From Bacteroidota bacterium (GTDB taxonomy: Bacteria; Bacteroidota; Rhodothermia; Rhodothermales; JBCCMF01): a DNA stretch of 64,000 nt. Shown here piece by piece: positions 61,062 through 64,000 of the stretch (position 1 is its first letter; the number at the start of each line of letters is the position of its first letter). The stretch is taken from contig JBCDJT010000004.1 of NCBI GenBank assembly GCA_038747545.1, positions 810 to 64,809 on the forward strand, given 5' to 3'. The notes under the pieces are model-generated. The model was not told the DNA's origin. It did no database searches and saw only the letters and a program-made list of their open reading frames with translations. The position numbers were made by a program, and so were the translations under genes.

Positions 61062-62014
61062 GCCGGCAAGGTGATCGGCGTGAGCATGCCTTCGATCTCA
61101 GCACGGCGCGGCTCATACTGCGCGGGCAGCTTGAGGCCGTGGCCGAGGGTAGCACGCGGCTCGTCGATCAGCATACCCGGCGCGTCCGTGGCGATCTCGA
61201 ACAGGACGCCGCCCGGCTCGCGGAAGTAGATCGAGCGGAAGTACTGGCGGTCGAGGAACGGCGTGACATTGAAGCCGAGCTTCAGCAAGTCCTCGCGCAG
61301 TTCGGCCTGCTCGTCGTAGTCGCGGGCGCGGAAGGCAACGTGATGCACCGTGCCCTTGCCCATACGCGGGCGATTGATCAGCGGTGTCTGGACTAGATCG
61401 ACGACTGACGATTCGCGATCCTCGGCGGTGGCCACGAAGCGCAGGCGCTCGCCGTCCTGCCCGGCCTCGGTGTAGCCGAACGCGCCGCGGAGCAGCCGCG
61501 ACGTGCGCTCAGGGTCGGCCAGCTGGAGCGTGACGCTGTGGAACTTGCGCAGCGCCACATCGCCCGAGACCGGTCCGTCGGCCCAGAACGGTTGCGCTTC
61601 GGCGCCTTCGTCCTCAATCAGCTCAATCCCCATGCCGTCGGGGTCTTGCAACCGCAACACTTGCGCGCCAAAGCGCTCGGTCGGCGCCTCGAAGTCGTGC
61701 CCGGCATCGGCCAACCGTCCCATCCAGTAGTCGATGGCTCCTACGGGGACGCTGTAGGCCGTAGCGCCCGTCGTGCCCGCACCGGCGCGGCCCGGCGCGG
61801 CGTTGGCCCACGGGAAGAACGTCATGAGCGTGCCCGGGGCCCCGGTTTCGTCGCCGTAGTAGAAATGATACGTGCCCGGGTCGTCGAAATTGATCGTCTT
61901 CTTGACAAGCCGCTGGCCAAGCAGCCCCATGTAGAAGTCGACGTTTTGCTGCGGAGCGCCAGAGATGGCGGTCACGTGATGGAGGCCTGGTAGCTTCGTG
62001 TTCATGGTGTTCAA
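61055..62014 (-). CDS. VOC/glyoxalase-family ring-cleaving-dioxygenase-like protein (two-domain)
   Basis: 319 aa. Reads GLHHVTAISGAPQQNVDFYMGLLGQRLVKKTINFDDPGTYHFYYGDETGAPGTLMTFFPW. Confidence 0.8.
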   Translation of the reverse strand: MNTMNTKLPGLHHVTAISGAPQQNVDFYMGLLGQRLVKKTINFDDPGTYHFYYGDETGAPGTLMTFFPWANAAPGRAGAGTTGATAYSVPVGAIDYWMGRLADAGHDFEAPTERFGAQVLRLQDPDGMGIELIEDEGAEAQPFWADGPVSGDVALRKFHSVTLQLADPERTSRLLRGAFGYTEAGQDGERLRFVATAEDRESSVVDLVQTPLINRPRMGKGTVHHVAFRARDYDEQAELREDLLKLGFNVTPFLDRQYFRSIYFREPGGVLFEIATDAPGMLIDEPRATLGHGLKLPAQYEPRRAEIEGMLTPITLPAV

Positions 62015-62226
62015 GGATATTACGTGTTACAACACATTAATGACAACATAGGGTGATGTCGTCTTACGTCAACAGGTATGTTATCCTCACGCAGGCCACG
62101 CGCGCTTCGTTTCACGACGTGGCAGTACCGATAGCGCGGTTTCAGCATCGTTGCGGCACGCGCACCCAGTACGTGAGACGTTTATCTTGCGCGACGATTC
62201 CCTCAACGCCTCATCCGTTCTGCACC

Positions 62227-62682
62227 ATGCTTTCCCGCATCCTCTTCCTCGGCCTTACCCTGACATTTTTCGCCTGCCAGAAGCCCGCGTCTGATTCCTC
62301 GACCGCTGACGCTGCGACATCAGAAACTCCCCAGCTGACGGGTACCTATGCTTTCGAGGCTGGAGCTCGCAGTGGTGAGTTAAAAGTCGTCCAGGATGAT
62401 ACCAGCATCCAGTTTGACCTGTTAGTCGTTGGCCCACCGCCGGCGTACAACCAGGGCTATATGGGCGGCGAAGCCACACTCGGCAGCGACACCATGACGG
62501 CTACGTACAGCATCAGTGAGTTTGGTGGTGTCTGCGAGTTATCGTTTTCCTTTGACGCAGAGACCGCGACGATTGAAACCCTGCAAGGCGACTCGCCCAC
62601 GTGCGGCTTCGGCAGGGGCGTGATGGCGGACGGGACGTACACCCGCACCAGCACAGACACGCCAACGATAGAGGAGCTCTAG
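62227..62682 (+). CDS. Hypothetical lipoprotein
   Basis: Lipobox in MLSRILFLGLTLTFFAC. ATG at 62227 within track ORF 62053..62682. Confidence 0.55.
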   Translation: MLSRILFLGLTLTFFACQKPASDSSTADAATSETPQLTGTYAFEAGARSGELKVVQDDTSIQFDLLVVGPPPAYNQGYMGGEATLGSDTMTATYSISEFGGVCELSFSFDAETATIETLQGDSPTCGFGRGVMADGTYTRTSTDTPTIEEL

Positions 62683-64000
62683 GCAAACAACTCGGCCGCC
62701 TTCACAATGTCAGTGAGCACGCCCGCTGCGGTGACATCCGGGCCAGCGCCGGGCCCACGCACAACCAACGGCGTCGGCTGGTAGCGACGCGTGGTGAAGA
62801 GCACGATGTTGTCGGTGCCCCGGAGGCTGCCGAGGGGGCTGCCGGCGTCTACGGCGCGCACCTGCACGCGGAGCTGGCCGTCTTCGATCGTCCCCACGTA
62901 GCGCAGCAGTTGCCCGTTTGCCTGAGCCGTTGCCACCCGGTCGGTCCAGTACGCATCCTGCGTCGGCAATGCAGCCATGAATTGCTCCACGTTGAGCTCT
63001 GCCAGCGCATCAGGGACCAGTGACTCTACCTCCACATCCTCTAACTCAACGTGCTGCCCCATCTCGCGGGCCATGATCAGCAGCTTGCGGGCGACGTCAA
63101 TGCCACCGAGGTCGTCGCGCGGATCGGGCTCGGTGAAGCCGCGGGCGCGGGCGCGGGTGACGACCTCGGAGAAGCTGTGGCCTTGCGCCAGTTCGTCGAA
63201 GACAAACGCCAGCGTGCCCGAGAGCACACCTTCCACACGCTGAATAGCATCGCCTGAGCGGATGAGGTCGCGCAGGGTGCCGATGACGGGGAGCGCGGCG
63301 CCTACGGTAGTCTCGTAGTAGTACGGCGTGCGGCGCCGGCGCGCGAGACGCTGAAGGCGGTTGTAGAACGCCTGCCCCACCGTGTTGCTGCGCTTGTTCG
63401 GCGTCACCACCGCGATGTTGTGCTCCAGCAAGTCAGGGTACAGGTTGATGACCGTATCCGAAGCCGTGGCATCGACTACGATCAGGCGTTCCATATGACT
63501 GCCGATCAGCCGTGCCTTCAAGGCCTCCAGATCGGCGGGCTCCGCTTCCTCGGCCAGCGCATCGAGCACGCCCGCATACGCAAGCCCTTCAGGACGGTAG
63601 AGCATCTGCTGGCGGTTGGCCACGCCCACAAGTTGGATGTTGAGGTCGAACCGATCGACGAGATATGGCGCCTGCCGTGCCAGCATGTCGAGCAGCGTCT
63701 TGCCGATACCGCCCGTGCCAATCACGACCAGGTGCGCCCGCTCGCGGCCCATCGCGAAGGCTTCGTGCAGCGCGGAGAGCGCCGCCTTGGCCTCGTCGGC
63801 GCGGACAACGGCAGAGATATTGGTCTCAGCGGCGCCCTCGGCAATGGCCATCACGTTGACGCCCGCCCGGCCCATTGTGGCGAACATGCGCCCGGCCAAC
63901 CCAGCCTGCGTCCGCATGAAGTCGCCAACGACCGAGATGATGGCACAGCCCGGCGTGGCGTAGACGCGGCTGATGTCACCCCGCGCCACTTCGAGGTCGA
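62679..64000 (-). CDS. thrA: Bifunctional aspartokinase / homoserine dehydrogenase, C-terminal part (5' end outside window)
   Basis: ACT region ISVVGDFMRTQAGLAGRMFATMGRAGVNVMAIAEGAAETNISAVV, then HSD domain VIGTGGIGKTLLDML.... The frame stays open past the track's GTG start to nt 64000. Confidence 0.85.
   Translation of the reverse strand, partial: DLEVARGDISRVYATPGCAIISVVGDFMRTQAGLAGRMFATMGRAGVNVMAIAEGAAETNISAVVRADEAKAALSALHEAFAMGRERAHLVVIGTGGIGKTLLDMLARQAPYLVDRFDLNIQLVGVANRQQMLYRPEGLAYAGVLDALAEEAEPADLEALKARLIGSHMERLIVVDATASDTVINLYPDLLEHNIAVVTPNKRSNTVGQAFYNRLQRLARRRRTPYYYETTVGAALPVIGTLRDLIRSGDAIQRVEGVLSGTLAFVFDELAQGHSFSEVVTRARARGFTEPDPRDDLGGIDVARKLLIMAREMGQHVELEDVEVESLVPDALAELNVEQFMAALPTQDAYWTDRVATAQANGQLLRYVGTIEDGQLRVQVRAVDAGSPLGSLRGTDNIVLFTTRRYQPTPLVVRGPGAGPDVTAAGVLTDIVKAAELFA

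Overview
64-kb high-G+C bacterial chromosomal segment. Three large secreted proteins end in an NYPNPFNP-type T9SS sorting domain, so I infer a Bacteroidota/Rhodothermia-like host. Layout: (1) 1-13.3 kb is housekeeping: an MqnA-like gene, the ffh-rpsP-rimM-trmD-rplS operon (minus strand), a CMD-family gene, 5-formyl-THF cyclo-ligase, two PspC-domain proteins, an orphan receiver, an M16 peptidase pair and polA. (2) 13.3-21 kb holds a complete activated-methyl-cycle cluster, metK-ahcY-orf-metH, divergent from metF. (3) 21-42.7 kb holds ftsE, then two paralogous ECF-sigma/Ser-Thr-kinase(TPR) pairs in inverted orientation. They bracket a GEVED-repeat T9SS protein and two sulfatases (one fused to DUF1080). 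A lipoprotein and a 1880-aa T9SS beta-helix protein follow. (4) 42.9-48.9 kb is the most unusual part. Four small co-oriented cassettes (VapBC, HicAB, a type II R-M pair, a stand-alone OLD nuclease) are each bounded by a progressively more decayed copy of the 3' end of the adjacent intact Gfo/Idh/MocA oxidoreductase gene. I recognise no recombinase here. It reads as a stratified, serially accreted defence/addiction array targeting a protein-coding gene end. (5) 50.3-62 kb holds a HutC-type regulator, a SIS protein, a GH10-like T9SS hydrolase and a tight operon of uncharacterised enzymes (FAD oxidoreductase, NmrA-like, MetE-like, phosphotriesterase-like), plus esterase and VOC genes. Palindromic REP-like elements and heptameric GACC tandem repeats are interspersed. 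(6) The window ends inside thrA. I recognised no rRNA, tRNA, CRISPR array, transposase or integrase. Many long ORFs in the track are antisense shadows of real genes in this G+C-rich DNA.
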